DNA of 63,634 bases, filler included, from Octopus bimaculoides (lineage: Eukaryota), in NCBI RefSeq assembly GCF_001194135.2. It is 8 parts of 7 records of this genome, joined end to end, with 100 filler letters (N's around TTAATTAATTAA, not from the genome) between each part and the next. Parts side by side here need not be neighbours in the genome. Positions count along the whole stretch, not along the records: positions 20,300 to 30,865 come from NC_068982.1; positions 30,966 to 39,370 come from NC_069004.1; 6 more parts are not named here. The stretch is one strand, 5' to 3'. Shown piece by piece: positions 24,569 through 39,470 of this stretch; positions within the stretch are counted from its first letter, which is position 1; each line of letters opens with the position of its first letter. The position numbers were made by a program, and so were the translations under genes. A model generated the notes under the pieces. It had not been told where the DNA came from, made no database searches, and saw nothing but the letters and a program-made list of their open reading frames with translations.

Positions 24569-27245
24569 CTATAAAAATGAGAATAATCAAAGAACTGAAA
24601 TCCACAGATCTCAGAATGGACCACCGATTATACCTCCCAAAAATCAAAAAAGAATAAAACAACATCAATGATAAATAGCATAAACCTGGCCGTCATGGAA
24701 CTAATAGCCACAGAAACAAATGGCAATATCACTGAGCCAAATAACATAATATATGCAGCAGCCACAAAAGGAACTGGATACTCCCTCAAACTCATCCAAA
24801 CAGGAGTCCCACCACCCAAACAAAGCCTGTGGATAAATAATATCCAAAAAAAAAATTTAAAAAAAGAGAAAAGATCTGTTGATTCTTAACGAAATTAGTA
24901 GACAATCAACACTACTAAGTAACAAGAAGAAAACAAAAATACTGTGCGAATACAACATTACAGAAAAAGATTTACCTGAGGTAAAAGAAAAGCTAAAGTA
25001 AGATATCCTTGCCAAAGCACAAAGTATTCGCCGGTATGAAAAACGCCAACGTTTCTTTGAACAAAGCAAACAGTTCAACACCAACCTCAAAAGATTCTAC
25101 CAAGAACTTGGCAAAAATAAAATAGACATCAATGCAGCACCAACAGCAGAAGTGGAAGAATTTTGGAAGGAACAACCTCAGAAAAGGACTATTAAAACAA
25201 CGAACTTAGCACCTGAGCAACTCTGAACCCCTATAACAACTGAAGAGGTCACCCAGGCACTGAAAAGACCAAGCAACTGGAAGGCACCTGGGCACGACAA
25301 GATCCCCAACTTCTAGTTAAAATATCTGACAGGAATACACAAAAAGCTGGCTGAGAAATTTAATGACATACTAGCAGAGCCAAGCCAGAGACCATGCCTG
25401 AATGGCTCACAAAATGGAAAACTACCCTAATTCCCAAAACCACTGAAATGGCAAAACCACAAAACTACAGACCTATAACCTGTCTCTCTACAATCTACAA
25501 AGCCTTTACTGTAATAATATTGCAGAGATTGAGCAAGTACCTGGAAGAAAACCTGTTTCCAGAAGAGCAGAAGGGATGCTGCAAGAGCTCATATGGCTGT
25601 AAAGATCAACTAATGATCAATAAAGCCATAACTGAAGACAGCCACAGAAAGAAGAAAGGCCTTAGTATGGCTTGGATCGACTACCGAAAGGATAGTGTTC
25701 CCCACACATGGATCCTTGAAACACTAGCCATAAACAAGGTGGCACCAATAATTATAAAATACATAAGACACTCTATGAATAAATGGCAGACAGTGCTACA
25801 GCTCCAAACAAAAAAGGGACTCGTGAAAACCAAAGCTATCCCCATTAGAAGAGGAATATTCCAGGGAGACACGCTCTCTCCACTCCTTTTCTGCTTGGCA
25901 CTGACACCTTTATCTTACATGCTAAATAGACAGGAAAACAAGAAAAATAATGACCTAAAATCTGACATAAAATGGTTATATATACAATGTATAGAACGTG
26001 GTAGAGGTCTTATACAGCTGGAAAACTATTATAAAATAACCACCATAGGACTGCAAAAATACCTACTTCAGAAGCAAGGAAAACTAATACAAATAGCTAC
26101 AAAACATGCGCAAAACAAAAAACTGTTTTCAGTATTTAAAGAAGCTGACAAATACAAACAAGAAATCATACTACCTAATAAATATGAAGAAGAAGAAACA
26201 ACAAAAGCTATAAAACAAATGAAATCCAAACTAAAACTAGAACAGCAACGGACCATGATAAAACGATGGCAAGAAAAGCCCCTTCATGGCAAATACTGGG
26301 CTAAACTAAATGGAAAAGAAATAGACAGAGAAAAATCCCAGCAATGGTTGAGAAGCTCAGGACTCAAAGCAGAGACTGATGGATTTTTAATTGCAGCACA
26401 AGACCAAAGCCTCCCCACCAGAAATTACCAAAAACATATANNNNNNNNNNNNNNNNNNNNNNNNNNNNNNNNNNNNNNNNNNNNNNNNNNNNNNNNNNNN
26501 NNNNNNNNNNNNNNNNNNNNNNNNNNNNNNNNNNNNNNNNNNNNNNNNNNNNNNNNNNNNNNNNNNNNNNNNNNNNNNNNNNNNNNNNNNNNNNNNNNNN
26601 NNNNNNNNNNNNNNNNNNNNNNNNNNNNNNNNNNNNNNNNNNNNNNNNNNNNNNNNNNNNNNNNNNNNNNNNNNNNNNNNNNNNNNNNNNNNNNNNNNNN
26701 NNNNNNNNNNNNNNNNNNNNNNNNNNNNNNNNNNNNNNNNNNNNNNNNNNNNNNNNNNNNNNNNNNNNNNNNNNNNNNNNNNNNNNNNNNNNNNNNNNNN
26801 NNNNNNNNNNNNNNNNNNNNNNNNNNNNNNNNNNNNNNNNNNNNNNNNNNNNNNNNNNNNNNNNNNNNNNNNNNNNNNNNNNNNNNNNNNNNNNNNNNNN
26901 NNNNNNNNNNNNNNNNNNNNNNNNNNNNNNNNNNNNNNNNNNNNNNNNNNNNNNNNNNNNNNNNNNNNNNNNNNNNNNNNNNNNNNNNNNNNNNNNNNNN
27001 NNNNNNNNNNNNNNGCGCATTAGGTATGATAAAAAAGTATTCAGAGAAATACATAACAAAAACACCAGGACTTACAAGTATATATACCATACAGAAAATT
27101 GCACTACTGGGCACTGCACACATCCTATGCAAAGCACTTTTAATACAGTAACAATAAGAGCATCACAGCAAACCACAGCACATACCCAAGGCACACAGAG
27201 CTGTGCTTGGTAGTGAAGTGAAAGCATGCTATAAAAATAAAACTA

Positions 27246-27299
<54 letters not shown>

Positions 27300-27305
<6 letters not shown>

Positions 27306-28499
27306 AGAGAAATGAAAGACAAGATCATCACTGCATATTTGAAGTGCCTCAAACTTCTCTAGAAATCTAACCAACTCAATTGCATTACCTGAAAAACATT
27401 GACAATCCATGGTGCCCTCTATCCTAAAGCGAACAAACACATGAAGATGTGTAAAGGTGGACATGGGCTGATTAGCATGTGGGAGTGCATCAACAATGAA
27501 AGAAGAACATGACAGAATATTTGGTAAACAGCAAACAAGACCTGCTACAGTATACTGCTAATGAAGAAAGGTTTACCAAAAATGGATTTCAGAATGCTAA
27601 TGTATTCTGATCACGGATAGCCAACGAGAGAAAAAGAAACTCTACTCCGCATGGAATTACATGGTCAGTTCCACCGTGAAACAAACAACTTAAAAGACCA
27701 GGAAGCATCATGGAGGTGGCTCAGCAAGGGTGACCTAAAAAGAATACTGGAAGCCTAATCATCACTGCTTGGATCAGGCACTGAATACCAACTCAGTGAA
27801 ATGGGATATATACCACACAAGTGTAATGAACCTCTGCAGAATGTGTGGGAAGAGGGTCGAAAGCATGACTCACTCACATTGTTAGTGCTTGTGAAAGTCT
27901 TGTGCAGAAAGAGTACAAGTGCAGACATGACGAGGTAGCCTTCAGTGGCTACTATGCCAGAAGTATGGGTATGAGGTAATGGGTACTTGATACCAACATA
28001 CACCTGAAAAGGTAATAGATGAAAAGGGGAAAGCAAAAGTCTTCAGTAACTTTGACTTCCAGACAGACGAGGTGTTAGAACACTGAAAGCCGGATAGAGT
28101 AACCTTTAGGAGGGACAAACAAATGTGCCTAATAATCAACATGACAGTGCCAGAAGATCAACATATTATAATGAAAGAAAGAGAAAAGATTGATAAATAT
28201 GGAGACATGAGAATTGGGATTGCCAAGATATGGCAGGTATGAAAGTCGAACATAAAGGTTGTCCCTGATGTCGTTAGCGCATTGGGTTCAATACCATCCA
28301 AGCTGAAGAAACATTTGGAAAGTTTAGAAATACCCTACAATCGAGGTGTATTGCAAAAATCAGAATTACTTAGAACTGCACACATATTGCATAAAGTATT
28401 GTCAGTCTGAGGTCCTTGTTGTGACAGTACAAACCCTCTGGTAGACATAATATCTTCAATCAGCAACATCTTGATATTGGATACTGTGCAACATCTTAA
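27300..28499 (+). mobile_element. 5'-truncated, degraded R4/Dong-like LINE 3' end
   Basis: HDEVA...FDFQTDEVLEHxKPDRV...VPEDQHIIMKEREKIDKY...VVSALGSIP..LQKSELLRTAHILHKVL is the RLE domain. Followed by (TAA)n at about 28499-28518. Confidence 0.8.
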
Positions 28500-28525
28500 A
28501 TAATAATAATAATAATAATGATAAC

Positions 28526-28721
28526 ACAGTTCTATATTTAAGAGATGAGGAATTATGTACAAATATTACATTTGACGGATATTTGTCCTCATCTTGTTTG
28601 TTATTAACACAATGTTTTGGCTGATATACCCTCCAGCCTTCATCAGGTGTCTTGGGGAAATTTCAAACCTGGGTTCTAATTCCTTGGGTATTTTTTGATG
28701 TTACTATTATTATTATTATTA

Positions 28722-28761
<40 letters not shown>

Positions 28762-28922
28762 ATAATAATAAAAACATCGAAAAATACCTTAGGAATGAGA
28801 ACCCAGGTTCGAAATTTCCTTAAGACACCTGATGAAGGCTGGAGGGTATATCAGCCGAAACGTTGTGTTAACAATAAACAAGATGAGGACAAATATCCGT
28901 CAAATGAAAATAATGTAAATAA
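28526..28922. repeat. Divergently oriented pair of hammerhead-containing short repeats around an (ATT)n/(AAT)n centre
   Basis: About 28553-28708 is the reverse complement of about 28760-28922, at roughly 85-90% identity by eye. Confidence 0.9.
28824..28869 (+). ncRNA. Minimal type I hammerhead ribozyme motif
   Basis: Reads GACAC-CTGATGA-A-GGCTG(GAGGGTATAT)CAGCC-GAAA-CGT-T-GTGTT. Stem I has 5 bp (one G-U), stem II has 5 bp, the core CUGAUGA/GAAA is intact, and stem III is the loopless palindrome ACGT. Predicted cleavage after GUU (28864). Activity not tested. Confidence 0.8.
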
Positions 28923-28929
28923 TAATAAT

Positions 28930-30240
<1,311 letters not shown>

Positions 30241-30260
30241 TATTATCATTATTATTATTA

Positions 30261-30808
30261 TTGAGTGAGAGAGCAATGTATGCCATCAAGGTGACACTGG
30301 GGTAAAATATACGAAGCCCAATATACTCATCATGACTACCTGTTTGATAAGGGTACAGCAGGCACATGCATCACAACCATATGTGCGTGACATGGTGATC
30401 TCATATCAAGATAAACAGCGCATGACCTCGCAGGTGGGGGCCCAGTTAGAATTTTCTTCAGGTCGGGTAGCCCATCCCACTCAAAAGGACCCTGAATGAG
30501 GTTTGTTTAAGGATGTTCAGCAAAACCAATGTTTCCAAAAGTGATTTATTCAAACCCCAAAAGAATTCCTCTCAACACATGGCTATGATGCTCCTCCACT
30601 TCTTCTGCTTGTGATCAGAGATGCACATATCATCAGCCACCAAGGGACATGCTCAACTGGTTAAGGTCAAACAACTGACAAGCAAATCTGTGGTATGAGC
30701 AGAATATTTCCATCTTTTTATACCAAGACAAAACAATGTACATGATAACACTTCCAATCAATTAAGATTAGAAGCCATGAGAGCCACTGCCTGGTACTGC
30801 ATCCGGGC
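30261..30808 (-). mobile_element. About 550-bp non-coding interspersed repeat embedded in (AAT)n on both sides
   Basis: Bounded by (ATT)n on both flanks. A partial second copy lies at 29725-29860. No ORF; orientation inferred from the (TAA)n tail. Confidence 0.6.
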
Positions 30809-30965
30809 ATTATTATTATTATTATTATTCAGTAGTTTTATTTTTATAACGTGCTTTCACTTCACNNNNNNNNNNNNNNNNNNNNNNNNNNNNNNNNNNN
30901 NNNNNNNNNTTAATTAATTAANNNNNNNNNNNNNNNNNNNNNNNNNNNNNNNNNNNNNNNNNNNN

Positions 30966-31220
<255 letters not shown>

Positions 31221-31564
31221 TGATGTTGTTGCTGTTCTTTTCTTTTTTATATCAGTAACATAGATTCGAACTCAGGCAGAATTAAACCGTGTAGCTAATA
31301 TTAATAATGTACAGAAATATAAATAATATATCTTGTTGTTATGGTCTCTCTAGCAAATATCATAAATCATTTATTACCCAGACGAAGTGTGATGAAGAAA
31401 ATTCTAGTAAAATATTATGATGATAATATTAATTAATTAAATAACAAAATTATTTGTTTTCTAAAGTCTAAACATTAATTATTTCAGAACGCTAACTTCG
31501 TTGTTTTTACTCCTAAGCATAAATCTTGTTTTCTGATCTCGTTGGTTTCCGAAAATGCGAGTTT

Positions 31565-32750
<1,186 letters not shown>

Positions 32751-34726
32751 GTTACTAGTGTAGGTGTGTGTGCGCTTGTTTCTCTGTGAGTGTTTATGTG
32801 TCAGCTGTGTAATGCTGCTTAAGTTTCACATTTACGCGCTCGTTTACGCGGCACTTTGAAGGTATGCTATGATGTACACCTACCTACCTACATACATACA
32901 TACATACATACATACATACATACATACGTGTGTACGTACATTACAGAAAAACGTAAAAATACGAGAGCAACAGAAAATGACTCGGATTCTTCAAATCCAA
33001 TCTATTAGCAGTACAGGGAAGATTTCTAAGATATTCTAAAAATTCTTCATTTGAGGTTCTTTTGTGAATTGATGTAAACACTTGGTGGTATGCATCGACA
33101 GCTAAGCCAACACGCCACCTCAACGACATATCTACAAACAGAGAAATCTCTTTACTCAAAATCTTAATTAGCTTCTTTAGCGACCATTTTGAACTCTTTT
33201 AAGAAGAGGAACTCAAATAAGACTCAAATGAAATTCACATTCTCATACACACACATATACATACATGCACAGGCATACATACATACATACACACACACAT
33301 ACACACAGACAGATAGACACAAATTCAAACACACACATGCACTCATGCATATAATTTGCATAAAACCCTAGAATTATTCTGTTTCACGGTGACGAGCAAA
33401 AGAAACTGACGCGGATTCTCCAAATCTAATCTATCAGTGGCACAGTGAAGATCTGTAAGACATTCTAAAGATTGTCCATCTGAGATTTTTCCGGTGAATA
33501 GCTGCACATATACACTTGGATGTATGCATCGACAGTTCCGCCACCACACCAACTCAACGACATATTTACAAACAACAGGGACTCTCTTAACTCACACGCT
33601 TATGTCGCTTTGTTACCGGCGACATAATATACATATGTATGTATATTTACATACATTTATATATAATCGAATAAATTGGGGTCAACACATATGAGTACGG
33701 TTGGACATTTATTTTCAATCACTACAATTGTTTCTCGTAGTTCTCCAGACGTGTAGGTACTTGATTATGCTACTGTTTCCCTGCATTATGAGATCTGGTT
33801 GTGTTTCCTCAGGCGATATCTAAATATTGTCCCTGTGAGTTCAAATTCTCGACTTCAAGAGCATCCTTTATGTCTGTTGTGGCTTGACGTTAGTAGTAGC
33901 CACTGAGCGGTAGTTTGATGGGATGTTATGATGTACACCTACATACATACATACATACATACATACATACATACATACATACATACATACATACATGGAA
34001 CTGTAAAGATATGTAGAACTTGCCAAAAATTTAGCACATAAATACATATGCATGCATCTAGACATGAAAGTATATACATAATTCCAAAATGAAATATAAA
34101 ATAGTAAACTATAATTTCAATTGTCCACGAAGGTAAATTAAAACGAGCGCCGCATGGTGGAGAAAGAGTAAATCTATAAAATGAGTCAAAGTATAAGAAA
34201 ATGTCAAATGGTAGTGTTAATAAACTGTCACACGAACAATTGGTCTAAGCTACATGATAATGTTGGAGTAGGAAAAAGTCACATGATAGAATCGTGTCAC
34301 ATGATTAGATGAATAAAAACAGAATTAAAATACAATGTTTTTTTAGTTGAGACAACCGGGATTTTCTCAATATCCATCCTATTATACAAACATTGTTCAT
34401 TGATAGTAAATTCGTCTTCCATGAAAATAATGCTCCGATTTACGCGGCTAACTTTTTTTTTAATTAGTATGAAAAGCGCAAAATTGAAGTAAACCGCTTG
34501 GATTGACCCCAGAAAACCCGGATTGCAGTATCGAATATCTATGGTACATTCTAGAGTAGACAGATTCATTCACTTCCCTCGATCATCGTTACGGAAGAAT
34601 AGAAAACAGTTTTACTTTTAATTTTTTAATTTTTAATAAGGACTCAAATTTTTATAATTTGTATATATTTATTTTATTATAAATGCAAAAGAACACCACG
34701 GAGGAATCCACGTAAGCTTAAGTAAT

Positions 34727-34793
34727 AAACCGTGATAGGTGAACCACGATAGGTAAACCGCGATAGGTGAACGCGATATGGCGAAGGATTATA
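34727..34793 (-). mobile_element. Tigger/pogo-like transposon terminus with subterminal tandem repeats
   Basis: The reverse strand reads TATAATCCTTCGCCATATCGCG-TTCACCTATCGCGGTTTACCTATCGTGG..., similar to the typical pogo/Tigger MITE end. No partner TIR was found. Confidence 0.45.
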
Positions 34794-34993
34794 GTAACCA
34801 CTAAGCCAAGCGCGTTCACACGGTCAATAACATAAGTACTATTTGAGCAATGGGGTCGATATCAACGACTAGCCCCTCCCCAAAAATTGTGGCTATAATA
34901 GAAACGAATATCTTTTTAATTTTTGATGGATAGATAGATATACAGATAGATAGACGGACAGACAGACAGATAGATAGACAGATAGATAGATAT

Positions 34994-35059
<66 letters not shown>

Positions 35060-36009
35060 GAAAAGCAGACGTAGACACAAGATACGTAGTCAAAATAATT
35101 AATTCAGTGACGTCATATTTAATGCAGAAAGCGGTAAAAACTAAAATAATATATTTGTTAGGAGAGGAGAAATAATATTTTAGCAAGTAGGAGGAAAAAT
35201 GTTTAAAACGTTTCGGTATAAATGTGATCTCATCAGCAAAGAATACATGTTATAATGTACTTGTCGAAATATTAAGTAAATATATAAGGTTATACAACGG
35301 TTGTCATAGAATAATAAACTCAATGTTTTTCTTTTTAGAATTGCGTGTTATAATCTATAAACAAAATAGATTTCATGCTTAATGCATAGGATTAGTTTAA
35401 TCCTATAAAATTCTGAAGAGCTGATATTTGTGCACTAATGTGCACACAAGAAAAATAAATCGAAATTATAAAATAGTATCAGTGTTCTTTTAATTAATTT
35501 TTAATAACTCTTAAAGAAAACTTTAAAATTTCTCGCAGAATCGGATTACGTTTTCATATCATCACAAGATATGAAATGTGTTGGTAAAGCATTAATTAAA
35601 TACTTTACAAAATTACAACACAGCTAATCCTTTTTACTGAACATCAATGGAAAGCAGATTTATGCTTGCTGAATTGAAAACTTCCATCGAATTATATTAA
35701 TGTTAATAATATTGTTATTTAAACGTCAGGTCATACATCTTGAGTGAGAGGGAGACGCAGTCGATATGAGCAAACCTCGTACTCGATTGGGATTGAAATC
35801 AAGAAGATGAAAAGCCGAATGAACTTCGTGCAGTGTTCATGTATGTATGTATGTATATAAATATATATATATATATATATATANNNNNNNNNNNNNNNNN
35901 NNNNNNNNNNNNNNNNNNNNNNNNNNNNNNNNNNNNNNNNNNNNNNNNNNNNNNNNNNNNNNNNNNNNNNNNNNNNNNNNNNNNATACATATATATATAT
36001 ATATATATA

Positions 36010-36852
36010 TATGGGTTAAACTACCTGCATCAACTTGCTATAAAAGCAGGTAGTATTTTACCTTGTTTTTTAAATCTTAGTGCAAGTTTTGAAGAGTACA
36101 GTTCGATTTTAATAGTTATTTTCTCAAATATATAATGGAAGTAACAAAGGAGCATATTCAGCATGTTTTGCTTTATGAGTTCAATGAAGACAACGACACA
36201 ACGGAAAGTGCGGTATATAAGGATCGGACAATAAGCGTAAGCCAGTGTCAACGGTGGTCCCAGAGATTCTGAGCCAGAAACTACAGCCTAGAAGACGAGG
36301 CTCGTCCTGCAAGATCTGTAAAGCTCGGCGAGGACGTCCAGCAAACCCTGATGGAACAAAATTCCATTGTAACTGTTGAATAATTAGCAGAGAAGCTTGG
36401 ATTTGGTTATTCAACCTGCGTGTCATCCGAAAAGTCAGCAAATTGAGTCAATGGCTTGCTCACAAACTTTCCCAGTCTGTATGCTCTTCCATATATACAG
36501 CGAAGATGACATTCCGAAGGATGGAGCAATTTGAATGAGAAACGATGCCCCACTCACCATATTTGCCGAACATTTCCCCATCTGACTATCATTTATTCCG
36601 CAGTGTTCGGAATCATTTGGACGGAAAAAATATGAATTCTGTAGACGAGGTTAGACCAGTATTGGAGGAGTATTTTTCGTGACGGGCAAGTAAATTTTGG
36701 AAGAGAGGCCTTGCAAATTTATCAGACAGATGGAAGAGCATTGTAGAAAATGAAGGAGAGTATATTTTAGATTAAAAAAATAATCTTGTTTATCTTAATT
36801 TTGAAAAATAAAAGTATATAAAAAAAAACGCATTATTTATGGGATGACTTAA
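36010..36852 (+). mobile_element. Mariner transposon remnant (second family)
   Basis: ATG at 36135 (MEVTKEHIQHVLLYEF), then SPSDYHLFRS, RWKSIVENEGEYILD* and a 3' TIR GCATTATTTATGGGATGACTTAA followed by TA. Internally deleted; the 5' TIR is lost in the gap or (TA)n. Confidence 0.85.
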
Positions 36853-38552
36853 TATATATCATATCACATTGTATCATGGTATTACAACTCACATGTGGAG
36901 GCGCGTGGCCTAGTCGATAAGGGCGTTCGGCTTACGATCATAAAGTTGCGGGTTTTTATTGCTAAACTAGGTGGCACGTTGCGTCCTTAAGGAATTTCAT
37001 TCAATAATGCTGCAGTCTACTCTACTATATACGATTTCCAGCGAAATATCGTTTCAGTTCTCTGTCACTTAAGCTGTGTCATCTTGGATATGACCCAAGG
37101 GGAAGGGTGGAAGGATCGTGCTCGTGTTTCTGACTGGTTACGATTACCATGGCATCTACACGAATCAGCGAAAGAATGGTACCTGCAATTGAGTCCTAAT
37201 TTCTTGTTCACGAGTGACGGCTACCTGTATTTTACTCCTATACACAGATGTTTTTGAGTTCCCTCCACCAAAAGACCTCGTCCTGAGTTCAAATCCTCCT
37301 TAGACTAGTGGGTATCATTTAATCTCTCCGGGTTCAAGCATTAAATTACCAAGCTTTGGTCTCAGGTTCAGTTCCCTTGATATCCATTTCCTCTACAATT
37401 GTACAGTAACCTTAAAAACGAAAGTGAATACCATGATAACTTACGTCCAAATGTTTCGGCAAGCCGTGATAAGATCCCAATTAAAGGGTTTGACTTTCCT
37501 TACATCACTAATACGTGATGGCGCGTATCCTAACGGTTAAGGAGTTTCACTCACTATGGTAAATGCATGGTTTCGATTCCAGACCAGGTGATGCATTGTA
37601 TTCGTAAGCAAAAACACTCCATTTTACGTTGCTCCAGTACACTCATCTGTAAATGGGTCTCAGCAATAAATGGAAAGTTAATCCTGCGATGAATCCAAAC
37701 CCATGTGCTTGGGAAGAAAACTTCTTACCACACCGCTGCTATCAGATGAAGATGAAAAAGTTCTATTCTTCTGCTAAGATTTGAACTTAGAACGTAAAGG
37801 ACAGTAAATATATACGCCAGAGACAACGCCCTACCAGATGTGCCAAATCACCGCCTCATGTTAAAACAAATATAGATAAATAAATCCGTAGAAATAAAAT
37901 AAAATCAATAGCTAGAAAATGTACTGAAAAATGCCAGAAGAAAACAGATGGTTTCTCTAACATTCTAAAATGACTTGTTAGACGCTGCGTTTCTTTCATG
38001 TATGTCGATAAAATAGGTAACAATTATTCTGTTGTTGGTATTGCGTAGCTTAAAGCCATTCCTGAACCAGCAGATCAGAAATCTTTTTCAAACCAATCGT
38101 CATTTACATAAATGTACCAGGAACTACATTATCCAATGTGTTTTTTTTTTCTTTAAGACAGCAGAAAATGATGTGAATGAGATTTGGCAGCTAATTCTAG
38201 TATGTCTAATGTTCGTCTGTCGGACCGACGTGGACAATCTATTCATCTTTGAGGATGACCGACGATTTTTGCGATGACCTCGTTCAAAAGGAAGAGTTGT
38301 GTACAGTTAACTTTACTCTCTCACCCGTGACCATCTTCAATCTAGCGGCAATACCAGGTTAACACAACTAGGGATAGTGACGAATGCAGTGGCAGTGTGT
38401 GTATGTATATATATATATGTATATATATGTGTGTATGTATATATATATATATAGTTAGAATTTATAAAAATAAACAAACAAAGAAAGCAAAAGACGAAGA
38501 CGGGTGTGTAATCAACAGATGTATTAGTTTAACGCTCGGGAAGTGAGAAAGA

Positions 38553-38588
38553 CTTTTACGTTTCGAGCCTACGCTCTTCAACAGAAAG
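38553..38588 (-). ncRNA. Minimal hammerhead-like motif with variant core (CUGUUGA)
   Basis: The minus strand reads CTTT-CTGTTGA-A-GAGC(GTAG)GCTC-GAAA-CGT-A-AAAG. Stems I and II are perfect 4-bp helices, stem III is the palindrome ACGT, the triplet is GUA, and A6 is replaced by U. Confidence 0.6.
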
Positions 38589-38765
38589 GAGCACAGAAAT
38601 AAACAGAGAGAGAAAAAAANNNNNNNNNNNNNNNNNNNNNNNNNNNNNNNNNNNNNNNNNNNNNNNNNNNNNNNNNNNNNNNNNNNNNNNNNNNNNNNNN
38701 NNNNNNNNNNNNNNNNNNNNNNNNNNNNNNNNNNNNNNNNNNNNNNNNNNNNNNNNNNNNNNNNN

Positions 38766-38805
<40 letters not shown>

Positions 38806-39470
38806 GAATGGGAGCATATAAGAGGGTAGACATATTATATGAGTGGAAGCCATAAGCGGGTAGATTTATTAAATGAGTTGGGGCCAAAGAAGATATTTTT
38901 AACGAAGCGTATGAATCAGACACAATAAGGGCGTAGGCTTATTATATGAGTGAGAGCCAAAAGGTGATAGACTAACTATATGAATATATATATACACGTA
39001 ACTCCTTGAAATTTTGGGTATTTGAATATATTTAAGAATTTAAGGATTGGAGAAAACGCATGTTATAATTGCATACTTTATTCCTACATATGTTTCAAAG
39101 GATTACAACCTGTGTGATCCATAGGGATCTTTGATATTAAAATTGTAACCTTCTCATCTGGGAAAGCATGGGAATCATCTTAAACGTAAGACATTATGAC
39201 GATTATGAAAACAATAGATGGATAAGGTTATGACTTGATTCATTTGAAAAAAAATATATATGTATGTATATGTATGTGTGTGTATATGTATATGTATGCA
39301 TGAACACACACACATATATGGATATGTGGATGTATGTATGTGGGTGTGTGTATGTATGTATATATAAAACNNNNNNNNNNNNNNNNNNNNNNNNNNNNNN
39401 NNNNNNNNNNNNNNTTAATTAATTAANNNNNNNNNNNNNNNNNNNNNNNNNNNNNNNNNNNNNNNNNNNN

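Larger units (their letters stand above)
20590..27247 (+). mobile_element. Near full-length R4/Dong-like non-LTR retrotransposon interrupted by two insertions
   Basis: The N-terminal motif KRHKWTHEEY...AYFTA (20790-20920) resumes as NLNKDLDTAMNPNKLANI at 23188 and as DTIKMRIIKEL across the solo LTR. RT motifs NYRPITCLSTIYK, EQKGC, MAWIDY and GIFQGDTLSPLLF. C-terminal ALGMIKK...QKIALLGTAHIL, then a (TAA)n tail from about 27248. Stops, deletions and an N gap are present. Confidence 0.88.

Noticed and set aside
25394-27151. 585-aa ORF as an intact, active reverse transcriptase
   Set aside because: About a third is N gap, and DYRKAFDSVPH has lost AF. The YMDD catalytic region is deleted after LSYMLNR, with DRKTRKIMT appearing in a shifted frame, so compensating deletions keep the frame open.
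30420-30500. HDV-like ribozyme in the (AAT)n-flanked element
   Set aside because: The nested double pseudoknot (P1/P2/P3/P1.1) could not be fitted by eye on either strand.
34297-34569. CLYNRMDIEK as a third paralog of the 32941/33343 CxxNRLDL modules
   Set aside because: There is only a short peptide resemblance and no convincing nucleotide alignment.
34727-34780. CRISPR-like or functional tandem array
   Set aside because: Four adjacent ~14-bp units with no spacers, at a pogo/Tigger-like end, in eukaryotic DNA with no cas genes.
39083-39170. Another hammerhead on the minus strand (CAGATGA...GAAACATA)
   Set aside because: The core U4 is mutated, the stem III palindrome is broken and stem I is out of register. 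At best it is a decayed relic.
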